DNA of 64,000 nt from the NCBI GenBank assembly GCA_015233115.1, contig JADFYJ010000005.1, positions 22,359 through 86,358 on the forward strand, read 5' to 3'. The DNA comes from Candidatus Omnitrophota bacterium (GTDB taxonomy: Bacteria > Omnitrophota > Gorgyraeia > Zapsychrales > Zapsychraceae). The position numbers were made by a program, and so were the translations under genes. The notes under the pieces are model-generated. The model made no database searches. It was not told the origin of the DNA and saw only the letters and a list, made by a program, of their open reading frames with translations. This document shows positions 1 to 8,643 of the stretch, one piece after another. Within the stretch, counting starts at the first letter, position 1, and every line of letters starts with the position of its first letter.

Positions 1-477
1 TCCCAATACTCCGGGAATAAGCCGCACCACCGTATCGACCACAACCATAGCCGGAAGTTCGCCGCCAGTCAGCACATAATCCCCAATCGAAACGCATTCA
101 TCCACGACGAGGTCACGCACCCGTTCATCAATGCCTTCATAATGACCGCATATAATAACTAAATTTTTTTCATTTGACAAGTGTTTTGCTAAACTTTGTT
201 TCAAAACCGTTCCGCTAGGGCACATGAGCAAAACCTTGCATTTCCTGCGGCCTTTAATCTTTTTGACCGCGTCCACCAAAGGCTGAGCCAGCATCACCAT
301 CCCCGGCCCCCCGCCAAACGGCCGGTCATCTACCTTGCGGTGCTTATCATCCGTGTAATCCCGAAGATCATGGACAGTGATCGAGCACAGCTTCTTCTCC
401 TGCGCCCGTTTCATAATAGACTCCTCAAGCACAGGGCGGAACATTTCAGGAAAAATGGTAATAATGTCGATTTTCAT
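1..477 (-). CDS. trmD: tRNA (guanine37-N1)-methyltransferase TrmD; N-terminus at 477, C-terminus truncated by window edge
   Basis: Reverse-strand translation from ATG at 475-477 reads [13 protein letters not shown]...GGGPGMV, the TrmD SPOUT signature. No ORF-track entry because it runs off the window. Confidence 0.8.
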   Translation of the reverse strand, partial: MKIDIITIFPEMFRPVLEESIMKRAQEKKLCSITVHDLRDYTDDKHRKVDDRPFGGGPGMVMLAQPLVDAVKKIKGRRKCKVLLMCPSGTVLKQSLAKHLSNEKNLVIICGHYEGIDERVRDLVVDECVSIGDYVLTGGELPAMVVVDTVVRLIPGVLG

Positions 478-489
478 AATTTGACTCCA

Positions 490-789
490 TCAATTAAGAC
501 TGCAAGCATGTACTTCCTGAGAAATTTTATTTCCTAATTCTTCTAATTCAATATCCAAGTCATATGCTGATTGCAGATTCATCCAAAATTGCGGCGATGT
601 TTTAAAATAAATTCCTAAGCGTAAAGCCGTATCCGCTGTGACCCGTCTTTTGCCTAACACAATTTCATTAATCCGCCGCGGAGGAACTTTAATATCCCGG
701 GCTATCCGGTTTTGACTGATACATAATGGCTTTAAAAATTCCTCATTCAGCACTTCACCGGGATGTATAGGGCTTAATTTTTTATTCAT
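490..789 (-). CDS. higA: HigA-family antitoxin (XRE-type HTH)
   Basis: 99-aa ORF. HTH region NRIARDIKVPPRRINEIVLGKRRVTADTALRL is typical of HigA/VapI antidote proteins. Lies immediately downstream of the higB-like gene. Confidence 0.7.
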   Translation of the reverse strand: MNKKLSPIHPGEVLNEEFLKPLCISQNRIARDIKVPPRRINEIVLGKRRVTADTALRLGIYFKTSPQFWMNLQSAYDLDIELEELGNKISQEVHACSLN

Positions 790-810
790 AGGATTATTTC
801 TCCTTTATTC

Positions 811-1092
811 TTAATGATAGTCGACTATTTCGACATCAAACGCGTTATTTTCGCGCCATGTAAAACAAATTCTCCATTGATCATTAATGCGAATACTATG
901 CTGTTCTTTCCTCGCCCCTTTTAATTTTTCAAGCCTATTGCTTGGGGGAGCCGTCAAGTCTCTTAAGTCAATCGCGCTGTCAAGCATCCGGAGCTTCCTC
1001 AAAGCAATCTGCTGGATGCTTCCGGGCAATTGTTTAGAAAAAATTCGATTAAATACTTTTTCTGTTTCTTTGCACCTAAACAATTTGATCAT
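811..1092 (-). CDS. higB: HigB-like toxin (RelE/ParE superfamily plasmid-maintenance killer)
   Basis: 93-aa ORF. Toxin-first order (higB then higA) is typical of HigBA operons. C-terminal motif ...FDVEIVDYH. Confidence 0.65.
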   Translation of the reverse strand: MIKLFRCKETEKVFNRIFSKQLPGSIQQIALRKLRMLDSAIDLRDLTAPPSNRLEKLKGARKEQHSIRINDQWRICFTWRENNAFDVEIVDYH

Positions 1093-1162
1093 AATGAAAG
1101 TATATAACGCGTAACGTTATATGTCAAGATTTCTGCTCCGCCCGATTCAAAAGGCAATAAAG

Positions 1163-3322
1163 TTACTGACCTATCTTAGGGAACCATTTCAACTTATCTG
1201 CCTGCTTACCTAACTCCGTTTTCCCGCACGTCCTGATCAACGCCTTATAAAATTTATCCGCAAGCATAAGGTCGCACCTGGCAAGAAAAAGTCCTCCCTG
1301 GCATAATGCCTTGGCTTTAAGTTCATCGTTGTCCGAAAGAAGCTGGGCGCTTTGCCACATTAAATCCGCCGCCTTATAACGATAGTGAAATCTTTTATCC
1401 GGTGAAGGCAGAGAACTCAACGCACGACTTTCCTCATCACCAGTCCCATAGAAAAAACCGCGATGCGCGAATCTATGTTTTATGGACTCATAATTTGGGA
1501 AGGCTCCCCTATCCACAAAACCATCCGGATCCAACTCTGTTCCCATTAATTCCATTCCATAACGTCGCACTATAATTCCCGCATCATAATATGCTTTGGC
1601 CCGATCTTTTTTCGCTATCCTTTGATTCTGCGCATTCAAAAGTAAAACGTGAAGTTTGCCTAATGTCTCTCTCGGATTAATATTTTCATTCACCTGTTCA
1701 TATTCCGAATCACCTGACTTGTTTTTCTTTTCAATATATCCGCGGTCAATTTTTATTTTTGTTGGCATATATTTTCCGGCAGGCTCTAACTCTCCTTGTC
1801 GCACCAACCGCCTGGCCAAAAGATATTCCAACGCTTCCCGCAAAGTAAGTCCGCCGTCATCAATATTTTCGGCGAACTCGCCTTCATATATTTTTTGTTT
1901 GTTAGCTAACACAGAGTTCCCTTTGTTATTGTTCAAGAAATCCTCAAGCTCCTGAACAGTTAATACTTTTTCTGCCACATAAGCGATATCTTCCCAATAT
2001 TTTCCTTTCAGAAGAAAATCAAAAGCCATGGTGTATTCTTTTCTACTTAATTTTAAAACCGCCATATTTGAATTGAGCTCGCGCCCAATGTCTTCTTGAA
2101 AAAACATGTTTTTATCAGGACTTTTTTCAAATGAAGATATGACTTTCGACAATTTTCCAATAGCCTCGTCAACTTTTTCGTCTCGCAATGACAGTTTAAA
2201 ATCAATAAACCGAGCCAAAGGCGTTGAGAGTTTCGAAGATGTCAACCAGCGCTTTGCCAACGCCCTGTCACCTTTAATATAATATAGCCATGCTACTCGG
2301 TCTGCGTAATCAATCGGATCTGTTTTCTTTAATCCCTCGATCGCGGACAAAAGCCTGCTGAAAAAATCTTTATGCTTTTTATCGTCATTCAATTCCATTT
2401 CTTCCCAATATGGCCGGGAAATGGCCCATCCCAAAAGAATATTCCTCGCTGTTTTATCATTTACAATCGTCGCGATAGTGTTATCCGTTGTCTCAGAAAC
2501 ATTACTGCAAACCCAATTCAATGAATCAATATCCATCTGCTCTAAATAATGTTTAAGACTTGAAACATAATCTTTCTGTTCATACTCAGCCAGCGCTTGC
2601 CAGCCTAAACTTTCCTTCGCAAGACCCAATGAATCTATATAACCATTTTCAGCCATTTTTCTGGTTTGTTCAAAAAATGGAATCGCGCGTTTCTGATCAC
2701 GCAAAGATAAATACGCTTTGCCAATCATAAAGGAAGCCCAGGTGCTCTTATATTTACGTTCAGATTCCGGCAATTTAAATATTTTTGACCATTCGTTGAT
2801 GGACGCAAAAAAATCATTGATGTGATACTTTCCAGCACCAGTTAAATATAATCTAAATTCTTCCGGCACCTTTGACGTCAAAATAATACTTAGTTTATTC
2901 TTTAACAAATTGAGTTTAACCCGCTCGTGACTGCGAAATCTTCCCCCGTACCATAACGAATGGTCTTCTACTAAAAATGTCTGAAGATAGGAATTTATTT
3001 CGTCGCGCGATTTTTGATATGACATAACAGCATCATGGAATTCTTTTTCCGTAATTTGGGAAGCTTTTAAAGATTTTCTCAAATCACCCTCATCAACATC
3101 AGAAACACGTTTAGGCTGTGGGGCTTTTATTTCAAACGGCAGTTTATTTCCGCCTGTTCGTTTTAATTCAAACAAAAAATTCCCTTCAGGAATAGCTAAA
3201 AATTTTTCTTTGGAACTTCGGACAAAATAGGCATCATCATATTCCGGCGCACAGGCCAGCGCCAATGACGCGAATGAAAACAAAAAAACTATTATCAAAA
3301 AATAAAGATTAATTCGTTTCAT
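1163..3322 (-). CDS. Large secreted lipoprotein of unknown function (719 aa from internal Met with lipobox LALAC)
   Basis: Track ORF 1163..3463 has a non-signal N-terminal extension. Internal start MKRINLYFLIIVFLFSFASLALAC (ATG 3320-3322) is preceded by GTGAGG and gives a signal peptide plus lipobox. No recognisable catalytic motif. Confidence 0.5.
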   Translation of the reverse strand: MKRINLYFLIIVFLFSFASLALACAPEYDDAYFVRSSKEKFLAIPEGNFLFELKRTGGNKLPFEIKAPQPKRVSDVDEGDLRKSLKASQITEKEFHDAVMSYQKSRDEINSYLQTFLVEDHSLWYGGRFRSHERVKLNLLKNKLSIILTSKVPEEFRLYLTGAGKYHINDFFASINEWSKIFKLPESERKYKSTWASFMIGKAYLSLRDQKRAIPFFEQTRKMAENGYIDSLGLAKESLGWQALAEYEQKDYVSSLKHYLEQMDIDSLNWVCSNVSETTDNTIATIVNDKTARNILLGWAISRPYWEEMELNDDKKHKDFFSRLLSAIEGLKKTDPIDYADRVAWLYYIKGDRALAKRWLTSSKLSTPLARFIDFKLSLRDEKVDEAIGKLSKVISSFEKSPDKNMFFQEDIGRELNSNMAVLKLSRKEYTMAFDFLLKGKYWEDIAYVAEKVLTVQELEDFLNNNKGNSVLANKQKIYEGEFAENIDDGGLTLREALEYLLARRLVRQGELEPAGKYMPTKIKIDRGYIEKKNKSGDSEYEQVNENINPRETLGKLHVLLLNAQNQRIAKKDRAKAYYDAGIIVRRYGMELMGTELDPDGFVDRGAFPNYESIKHRFAHRGFFYGTGDEESRALSSLPSPDKRFHYRYKAADLMWQSAQLLSDNDELKAKALCQGGLFLARCDLMLADKFYKALIRTCGKTELGKQADKLKWFPKIGQ

Positions 3323-4568
3323 CGACTTTGGCCTCACTTTTCCTAATAAATAAATCTTTATTATCAGACACCCTAAACCATGCAGCCATCTTTTTTTGAG
3401 AAACACGCGGCGGCCGGCCCGTAATCCGCATCCCTTTTCCATCAGGAAGTGTCGAATAATCAAAATCGCCTAAAACATCAAAAACAGGGCTTCCCGTATC
3501 CCAAAAAATTTCAAACGACGCATTATTTGAAAAATTTATTTCCCCATCGTTTACAAGATAAACCTCTGTTATTCCATCGTCCTTGCGAACCAATTCAACA
3601 TCCAGATGACCGGCAGGTATTTCCCGTTTAATGACACGCGTAAATGTTTTCAAATCCCAGTTGAACCGATCTGAAGATAAAGGAAGCCGGAACCAACAAA
3701 CACCGCGGAAATTCTGTGACTTGACAGAATCAAGATATTTTAAAAAACCAATTATTTCTTGAGGGTCAGCAAAAACCATTTTCTTTTTTATTCCCTCAGC
3801 AAAATACTGTACGCCGCCTTCTGCTCTAAGTCCTATAAATTCATCAACTTTGCTGTAAGCAACCTCATAACCATATGTGGGGAGAGAAACATAGAAAGGC
3901 TTATTTAAATTAATCGTGCGGTTAAAATATTCAATGGACTTATCTTTTTGAAAAATATACTGCGACGTGTTTTTATTTTTGGGAAGTTCAAAAGAATGCA
4001 GCTGAAGAACATAGATATCAACCCAATTTAAAAGCGATAAGAAGTCTTTGCTTTCCAGCCAGGTCGGCAAAGCCGTGATTGAAACGGATTTCTCTTTGTA
4101 TGCAGATCGAAAAAGTTTTAGAAATCTTGCAAAATCATTCAATTTTGCCGTAGGACAATCATAATCTAATTCAATACCTGTAATATCAACGCCTGACTGC
4201 TTTGCCTGCTCAATAATGCCGTGGATCCCGTCAACAAGACACCTAACAATTGGCTGCTGATCCTGCACTTTTAAATATCGGGATAAATCCGTCCGCATGC
4301 GAATATCTATGACAGTTTTCTTTTTTGACCTTAAATATTCCCATTTAACAGCTACTTTTGAAAAACTAATATGGCCATTCTCAACCGTTAAATCACCTGC
4401 CAAAACCTTGAACTGAGTGCTTTGACTATTCAACTTCCCGATTGCCGCTTCTATTTCAGACCGCCAGCTCCTTTGCCAGATGTAAACCGAATTTTCATCG
4501 GCTCCTGATAAATTACAAACAGAAAGTACAAAAACAATGGTAAATATAATTTTTAAACCTACTTGCAT
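3309..4568 (-). CDS. DUF3142-like secreted protein (putative TIM-barrel glycoside-hydrolase-like fold)
   Basis: 435-aa ORF. Likely start at MQVGLKIIFTIVFVLSVCNLSGA (ATG 4566-4568), a signal peptide. Family resemblance from memory only. Overlaps upstream SLT gene by 10 nt and downstream lipoprotein gene by 14 nt, so the three look like an operon. Confidence 0.45.
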   Translation of the reverse strand: MQVGLKIIFTIVFVLSVCNLSGADENSVYIWQRSWRSEIEAAIGKLNSQSTQFKVLAGDLTVENGHISFSKVAVKWEYLRSKKKTVIDIRMRTDLSRYLKVQDQQPIVRCLVDGIHGIIEQAKQSGVDITGIELDYDCPTAKLNDFARFLKLFRSAYKEKSVSITALPTWLESKDFLSLLNWVDIYVLQLHSFELPKNKNTSQYIFQKDKSIEYFNRTINLNKPFYVSLPTYGYEVAYSKVDEFIGLRAEGGVQYFAEGIKKKMVFADPQEIIGFLKYLDSVKSQNFRGVCWFRLPLSSDRFNWDLKTFTRVIKREIPAGHLDVELVRKDDGITEVYLVNDGEINFSNNASFEIFWDTGSPVFDVLGDFDYSTLPDGKGMRITGRPPRVSQKKMAAWFRVSDNKDLFIRKSEAKVDETN

Positions 4569-5269
4569 ATAAAAATATGGAGATGATCTTTTGTAATCCA
4601 ATGACCTTTGGTGCATTGAATTTTTGGTTTGATGAACTTTTTGTCTTTGGCTTTCTTATCTGCTTGAGATTTCTTCGCGAATTCAGCTTCATATTCAGAA
4701 ACCCGGGGAACATAGCCTTTTATTTTATTAATAGTATCGGCACTGATATCTTTGGATGGCATCAAAAAATCTTTAACAGCATCCCATCTCGTCGGATCTT
4801 TTCCTGCTTTGGACGCCAACTGTTGTGCTTTGCCAATAGTACCCTGCCCTCCCGTATAAGCGGCAAAATCAAATTTTTCACGTTCGACAGGGTCAATTAT
4901 TGGGTATGTAAATAGTTTGGTACCAAGATTGGTTCTTTTAGAAAACGCGTAGTCAATATCTTTCAAATATCGTGCAGCGGCTATTGAAGAGTAATCAATA
5001 TCAAAACGTTGATCATTATCTTTAGAAACGTATAATCCATAATGTTCCGCCAAGGACTTCTGCAGCTGAAATTCACCCGCAGCGGCCGAAATACCCCGAT
5101 TATTCAACTTAGTTCCAAAACTGCTTTCTTTAGCATAAATTGCCTCAAGTGTATTTACATTCAACACATCTTTATCATCAAAATAAGTTGACGCATTTTC
5201 AAGAGCCTTACGGATATGTCCGTCTTCCTTTACAACCCAGATGTCTACATTAGTCATTTTCTTAGGCAT
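4559..5269 (-). CDS. Lytic transglycosylase, SLT domain, no signal peptide, basic C-terminal tail
   Basis: 236-aa ORF. Catalytic region ...AKESSFGTK...AAGEFQLQ matches the SLT E-S motif and GLMQ-like block. N-terminus MPKKMTNVDIWVVKEDG is not hydrophobic. Confidence 0.6.
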   Translation of the reverse strand: MPKKMTNVDIWVVKEDGHIRKALENASTYFDDKDVLNVNTLEAIYAKESSFGTKLNNRGISAAAGEFQLQKSLAEHYGLYVSKDNDQRFDIDYSSIAAARYLKDIDYAFSKRTNLGTKLFTYPIIDPVEREKFDFAAYTGGQGTIGKAQQLASKAGKDPTRWDAVKDFLMPSKDISADTINKIKGYVPRVSEYEAEFAKKSQADKKAKDKKFIKPKIQCTKGHWITKDHLHIFICK

Positions 5270-5443
5270 AAATTCGTCCTTTCCGTGCAGAGAATATTTG
5301 TTGCGGAAAAATATAAAAGATACGAAGGCCAGATAAAATCATTGCACGATCCTGCACTTGGTGTTGATGCCCGGGAATAAATTAATTATAACAAAGTAAA
5401 ATTTATATTAAAATTATCTATCTTTTTTATAAGTAATAATTTT

Positions 5444-5707
5444 TCATTCATAATGAGTCCACATCCGTACAACTTTAACGACCATCTCTTTCTTATATAT
5501 TTGATAAACTATGCGATGCTGGATGTTAATACGTCGGGAATAAAAACCGGTTAAATCTCCGACTAGTTTTTCATACGAAGGCGGATTTTGAAAAGGATTT
5601 TGTTCTAAGATATTGAGAATCATTAAAGCTTTTGGCTTTAATCCGACGTTGAGAAGCCGTTTTGCGTCAGATTGAGCCTGTTTGGTAAAGATTACTTTCC
5701 AAGCCAT
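5444..5707 (-). CDS. yoeB: YoeB/Txe-family toxin (RelE superfamily mRNA interferase)
   Basis: 87-aa ORF, ...YSRRINIQHRIVYQIYKKEMVVKVVRMWTHYE is a characteristic YoeB C-terminus. Directly downstream of a Phd/YefM antitoxin gene. Confidence 0.7.
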   Translation of the reverse strand: MAWKVIFTKQAQSDAKRLLNVGLKPKALMILNILEQNPFQNPPSYEKLVGDLTGFYSRRINIQHRIVYQIYKKEMVVKVVRMWTHYE

Positions 5708-5711
5708 TTGC

Positions 5712-5969
5712 TTACCATTTGAGATGCGTTGAACAATTCTTTAGTGAAGTTTTGCCGCCAGCTATAATGGATTCCCGCATGCCTGGAATCGATACGAGAT
5801 AGAGAGTTTCCTGTATAGACCGCCAATCATCTTCAGAAATAAGAACAGCATTATTTCTTTTGCCGGTAATCTGAATGGGTTCATGTGATTGGGCGGAGTC
5901 ATCAACCAATTGATAGAGTTTGGCTCTCGCTTTAGTCGCAGTAATAGTTGTCATTTTTGTTTCTCCCAA
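5712..5969 (-). CDS. yefM: Phd/YefM-family antitoxin
   Basis: 85-aa ORF. N-terminal TTITATKARAKLYQLVDDSAQSHEPIQITGKRNNAVLISEDDWRSIQETLYL is the YefM fold signature. 4-nt gap to yoeB. Confidence 0.7.
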   Translation of the reverse strand: MGETKMTTITATKARAKLYQLVDDSAQSHEPIQITGKRNNAVLISEDDWRSIQETLYLVSIPGMRESIIAGGKTSLKNCSTHLKW

Positions 5970-6024
5970 GACTAAGCGTACTATATAGCGTACGCATTGT
6001 CAATGAATAATTTTTTTCTAAAAT

Positions 6025-6798
6025 TTACAAAGATTGTTCTATAAATTCCCTAAACAAAACAACTTTCTTCACTTCACCGGGAGCATAAAGGAACGGCTCT
6101 ACGTCTAAAGCTAATTGTTTAAAATTAAAATTTTTACAATGATCATTCAACTTGGTCTTTAATTGTTGGGCATTCTTTATCCCCAGTTTAGCAGTCAAAT
6201 ACGGATAATTTGGCGTGGTCTTCCCAGACAAATAAACTATGTCGAAAAAATCACGACCCATCGGACGCGGTCGATTTAAAGCGGCAAACAACTTTTGGGA
6301 CAAAAGGATATCAACAGGAACAACATTAATTCTCAAAAAAACATCAAATTTGTTAAGAATAATTTTATCCGATGAATACTTGAATTTCTGCGGCTGGGTA
6401 TCGACTTGGATTAGAATTTTTTCTTCCTTGTGGCCGGTTAATCCCAGATCAAAAAGAACATCAGAAAATCTGATATAAGCTCTGCATACATCTCCGAGAT
6501 TAATACGAACCTGGGTCGTGTACCCTGAAAGTTTTAACCGTTTCATGATTTCCTGTGTCATTTTCTCAAAATCCTTAGGCTTGAGAGAAAGATTGTCAAA
6601 GTCTAAATCTTCAGAAAACCGCGTATTCCCGTGAACAATTTGGATAGCCGTCCCTCCCATAAATGAAAGTCCTGCGCCATATGGAGAATCAAAAATAATT
6701 TCCAGAATTTTGTATTGTAGATACTCTCTAAGAATATTCCGTTTAAACGGCTTCAGGTTTGTTGGATAAAATGATTCAATGTTTTTTAAACTAAGCAT
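6025..6798 (-). CDS. AbiEii/AbiGii-family nucleotidyltransferase toxin (type IV TA / abortive infection)
   Basis: 257-aa ORF. GGTAIQIVHGNTRFSEDLDFDN matches the AbiEii GG[ST]A...R.S.D[IL]D motif. Confidence 0.65.
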   Translation of the reverse strand: MLSLKNIESFYPTNLKPFKRNILREYLQYKILEIIFDSPYGAGLSFMGGTAIQIVHGNTRFSEDLDFDNLSLKPKDFEKMTQEIMKRLKLSGYTTQVRINLGDVCRAYIRFSDVLFDLGLTGHKEEKILIQVDTQPQKFKYSSDKIILNKFDVFLRINVVPVDILLSQKLFAALNRPRPMGRDFFDIVYLSGKTTPNYPYLTAKLGIKNAQQLKTKLNDHCKNFNFKQLALDVEPFLYAPGEVKKVVLFREFIEQSL

Positions 6799-7444
6799 GG
6801 TTCATGACCTCCAAAAGTAATTTTATCCGTTCGGACAAGCCGGGCTGTCCGGAAAGCAACGCATATCTGTGAATAAGCCGCTTGTTAATAATCTTGGAGA
6901 ACAACTCCTTGTTAATTCTCATCCCTTCGAAATCTTCCTCGGCTCGAATAGATGGATTCAAATATAAATGATCGATAAACATTTTTTCCGGTGAAGCCAT
7001 TTTAAAATGCTTTCCACGGTGTTCGATCAGATCATAGCCAAAAAACATGTCCGGCTTGATGGTCCTATAACTAAATTGTGCTAATGGTGTTTGAAACTGG
7101 TAGGTTCTTCGTGTGGCAACTGCGGTAACCTCATAAACGCTTTCAGGGATGAGCCCGTAATAAGCGAAAGCCATTTGTAAAGAAACATATGAAGGCGCAT
7201 AAATCTTATTGGATATTTCAAATAGAACGCCTTCATCTACTTGTAAATCAGAAAAAACGTAATAACCTCGGGTCAATTTCTTAATGTAACCCTTATTTTG
7301 CCATTCAATGAGTCGGGGCCTATAAAAATCTTGTTCAACGCGTCGGATGTCGTTCAGCGAGAAAACCGTAAAATCTTTAAGCAAATTATGAAAATCCAGG
7401 TATCTCATAGCATTTCGTGAAAGTACGTTAAATAGTAACTTCAC
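6791..7444 (-). CDS. AbiEi-like antitoxin/transcriptional regulator, partner of AbiEii
   Basis: 217-aa ORF overlapping AbiEii start by 8 nt, the typical AbiEi-AbiEii arrangement. Assignment is by context and size rather than a clear motif. Confidence 0.45.
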   Translation of the reverse strand: MKLLFNVLSRNAMRYLDFHNLLKDFTVFSLNDIRRVEQDFYRPRLIEWQNKGYIKKLTRGYYVFSDLQVDEGVLFEISNKIYAPSYVSLQMAFAYYGLIPESVYEVTAVATRRTYQFQTPLAQFSYRTIKPDMFFGYDLIEHRGKHFKMASPEKMFIDHLYLNPSIRAEEDFEGMRINKELFSKIINKRLIHRYALLSGQPGLSERIKLLLEVMNHA

Positions 7445-7507
7445 GAAATAAGTATATAACGAGAGGAAAAGGAAATCAAGAGCAATATCGTATAACGGAT
7501 TATGCGT

Positions 7508-8632
7508 CTATTTTAATTCTGAACCATATTTTGTCAAAAATTCAGTCATAAAACTCTGATACTGATCTTGTTCTATGGCTTGGCGGATGCGGCGCATTAG
7601 ACTGATGTAGAAATAGAGATTATGGTAAGTCACGAGCTTAAGGCCGGTGATTTCTTTGAGTTTTAATAAATGGCGAATATAACTTTTAGAATATTTTTTA
7701 CAGACTAAACAGTCACAGTCCGGGTCAATTGGGCCGAAATCCGTTTTAAATTCTTCATTACGGACAATGATGCGGCCGCGGCTGGTAAAGGCTGTGCCAT
7801 GGCGCCCAAACCGGGTTGGCAGGCACGTATCGAACATATCTATGCCTTCACCAACAGCTTTGACAATCTGGTCTGGGAGACCGATGCCCATAAAATAATG
7901 CGGCTTATCAGCCGGTAAAAACGGCATGACCCATTCTAAGGCCTCAAACATATCTTTAACCGGCTCCCCTACACTAACTCCGCCGATGGCATACGCGTCA
8001 AAATCAACGTCAATAATTTCTTTGGCTGATCGTTCCCGCAAATCTTTATAAGTCGCTCCTTGAATGATGCCGAATCCAAATTGATTACGGTCGCTCCTGC
8101 GGTTTTCCAAAAAATATTTCCTGGCGCGCTTGGCCCACAATGTTGTCAAATATACGGAACGCTCGGCTTCTTCGCGGCTGCAGGGATAGGGTGCGCAAAC
8201 ATCCAAAGGCATAATCATATCCGCGCCTATGGATTGCTGAATATCCATCACCTTTTCAGGAGTAAAGAAATGATACGCTCCATCAATATGCGACTGAAAT
8301 TCCACGCCGTCTTCTCTGAGTTTTCGGAGTTTGGCCAAACTAAAAACCTGATATCCGCCACTGTCCGTCAAAGTCGGCTTATGCCAGTTCATGAAATTAT
8401 GCATACCGCCGGCAGCCTCAAAAACCTCCAACCCAGGACGTAAAAATAAGTGGTACGCGTTGCACAACACAATCTCTGCGCCCGTGTCATTAACGTCCTC
8501 AAACGTCAAACTCTTGACAGACGCGTTCGTGCCCACAGGCATAAAAAAAGGAGACTGAATCTCCCCATGCGCCGTAGTCACAACTCCGCGTCGAGCTTTA
8601 GTATTCTTATCGATCTTAATTAATTTAAACAT
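7508..8632 (-). CDS. tgt: Queuine tRNA-ribosyltransferase (tRNA-guanine transglycosylase)
   Basis: 374-aa ORF with C-terminal zinc site CDCLVCKKYSKSYIRHL and TIM-barrel blocks typical of Tgt. Confidence 0.9.
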   Translation of the reverse strand: MFKLIKIDKNTKARRGVVTTAHGEIQSPFFMPVGTNASVKSLTFEDVNDTGAEIVLCNAYHLFLRPGLEVFEAAGGMHNFMNWHKPTLTDSGGYQVFSLAKLRKLREDGVEFQSHIDGAYHFFTPEKVMDIQQSIGADMIMPLDVCAPYPCSREEAERSVYLTTLWAKRARKYFLENRRSDRNQFGFGIIQGATYKDLRERSAKEIIDVDFDAYAIGGVSVGEPVKDMFEALEWVMPFLPADKPHYFMGIGLPDQIVKAVGEGIDMFDTCLPTRFGRHGTAFTSRGRIIVRNEEFKTDFGPIDPDCDCLVCKKYSKSYIRHLLKLKEITGLKLVTYHNLYFYISLMRRIRQAIEQDQYQSFMTEFLTKYGSELK

Positions 8633-8643
8633 TTCTGCCTTCT

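Noticed and set aside
196-537. Plus-strand 113-aa ORF overlapping the trmD region.
   Set aside because: It is antisense to a clear TrmD reading frame ([13 protein letters not shown]... on the minus strand) and has no RBS or family resemblance, so it is a spurious antisense ORF.
3323-3463. N-terminal 47-aa extension of the 766-aa ORF (MIIRHFLMEKGCGLRAGRRVFLKKRW...).
   Set aside because: - The extension is basic and non-hydrophobic, and it overlaps the DUF3142-like CDS.
- The internal Met gives a textbook lipoprotein signal peptide with an SD-like GTGAGG, so the shorter start is preferred.
490-7444. Prophage or integrative element interpretation of the TA/Abi island.
   Set aside because: - There is no integrase, recombinase, tRNA attachment site, terminase or capsid gene.
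- No direct repeats flanking the island could be identified.
- It was kept as a defence/accessory island rather than called a mobile element.
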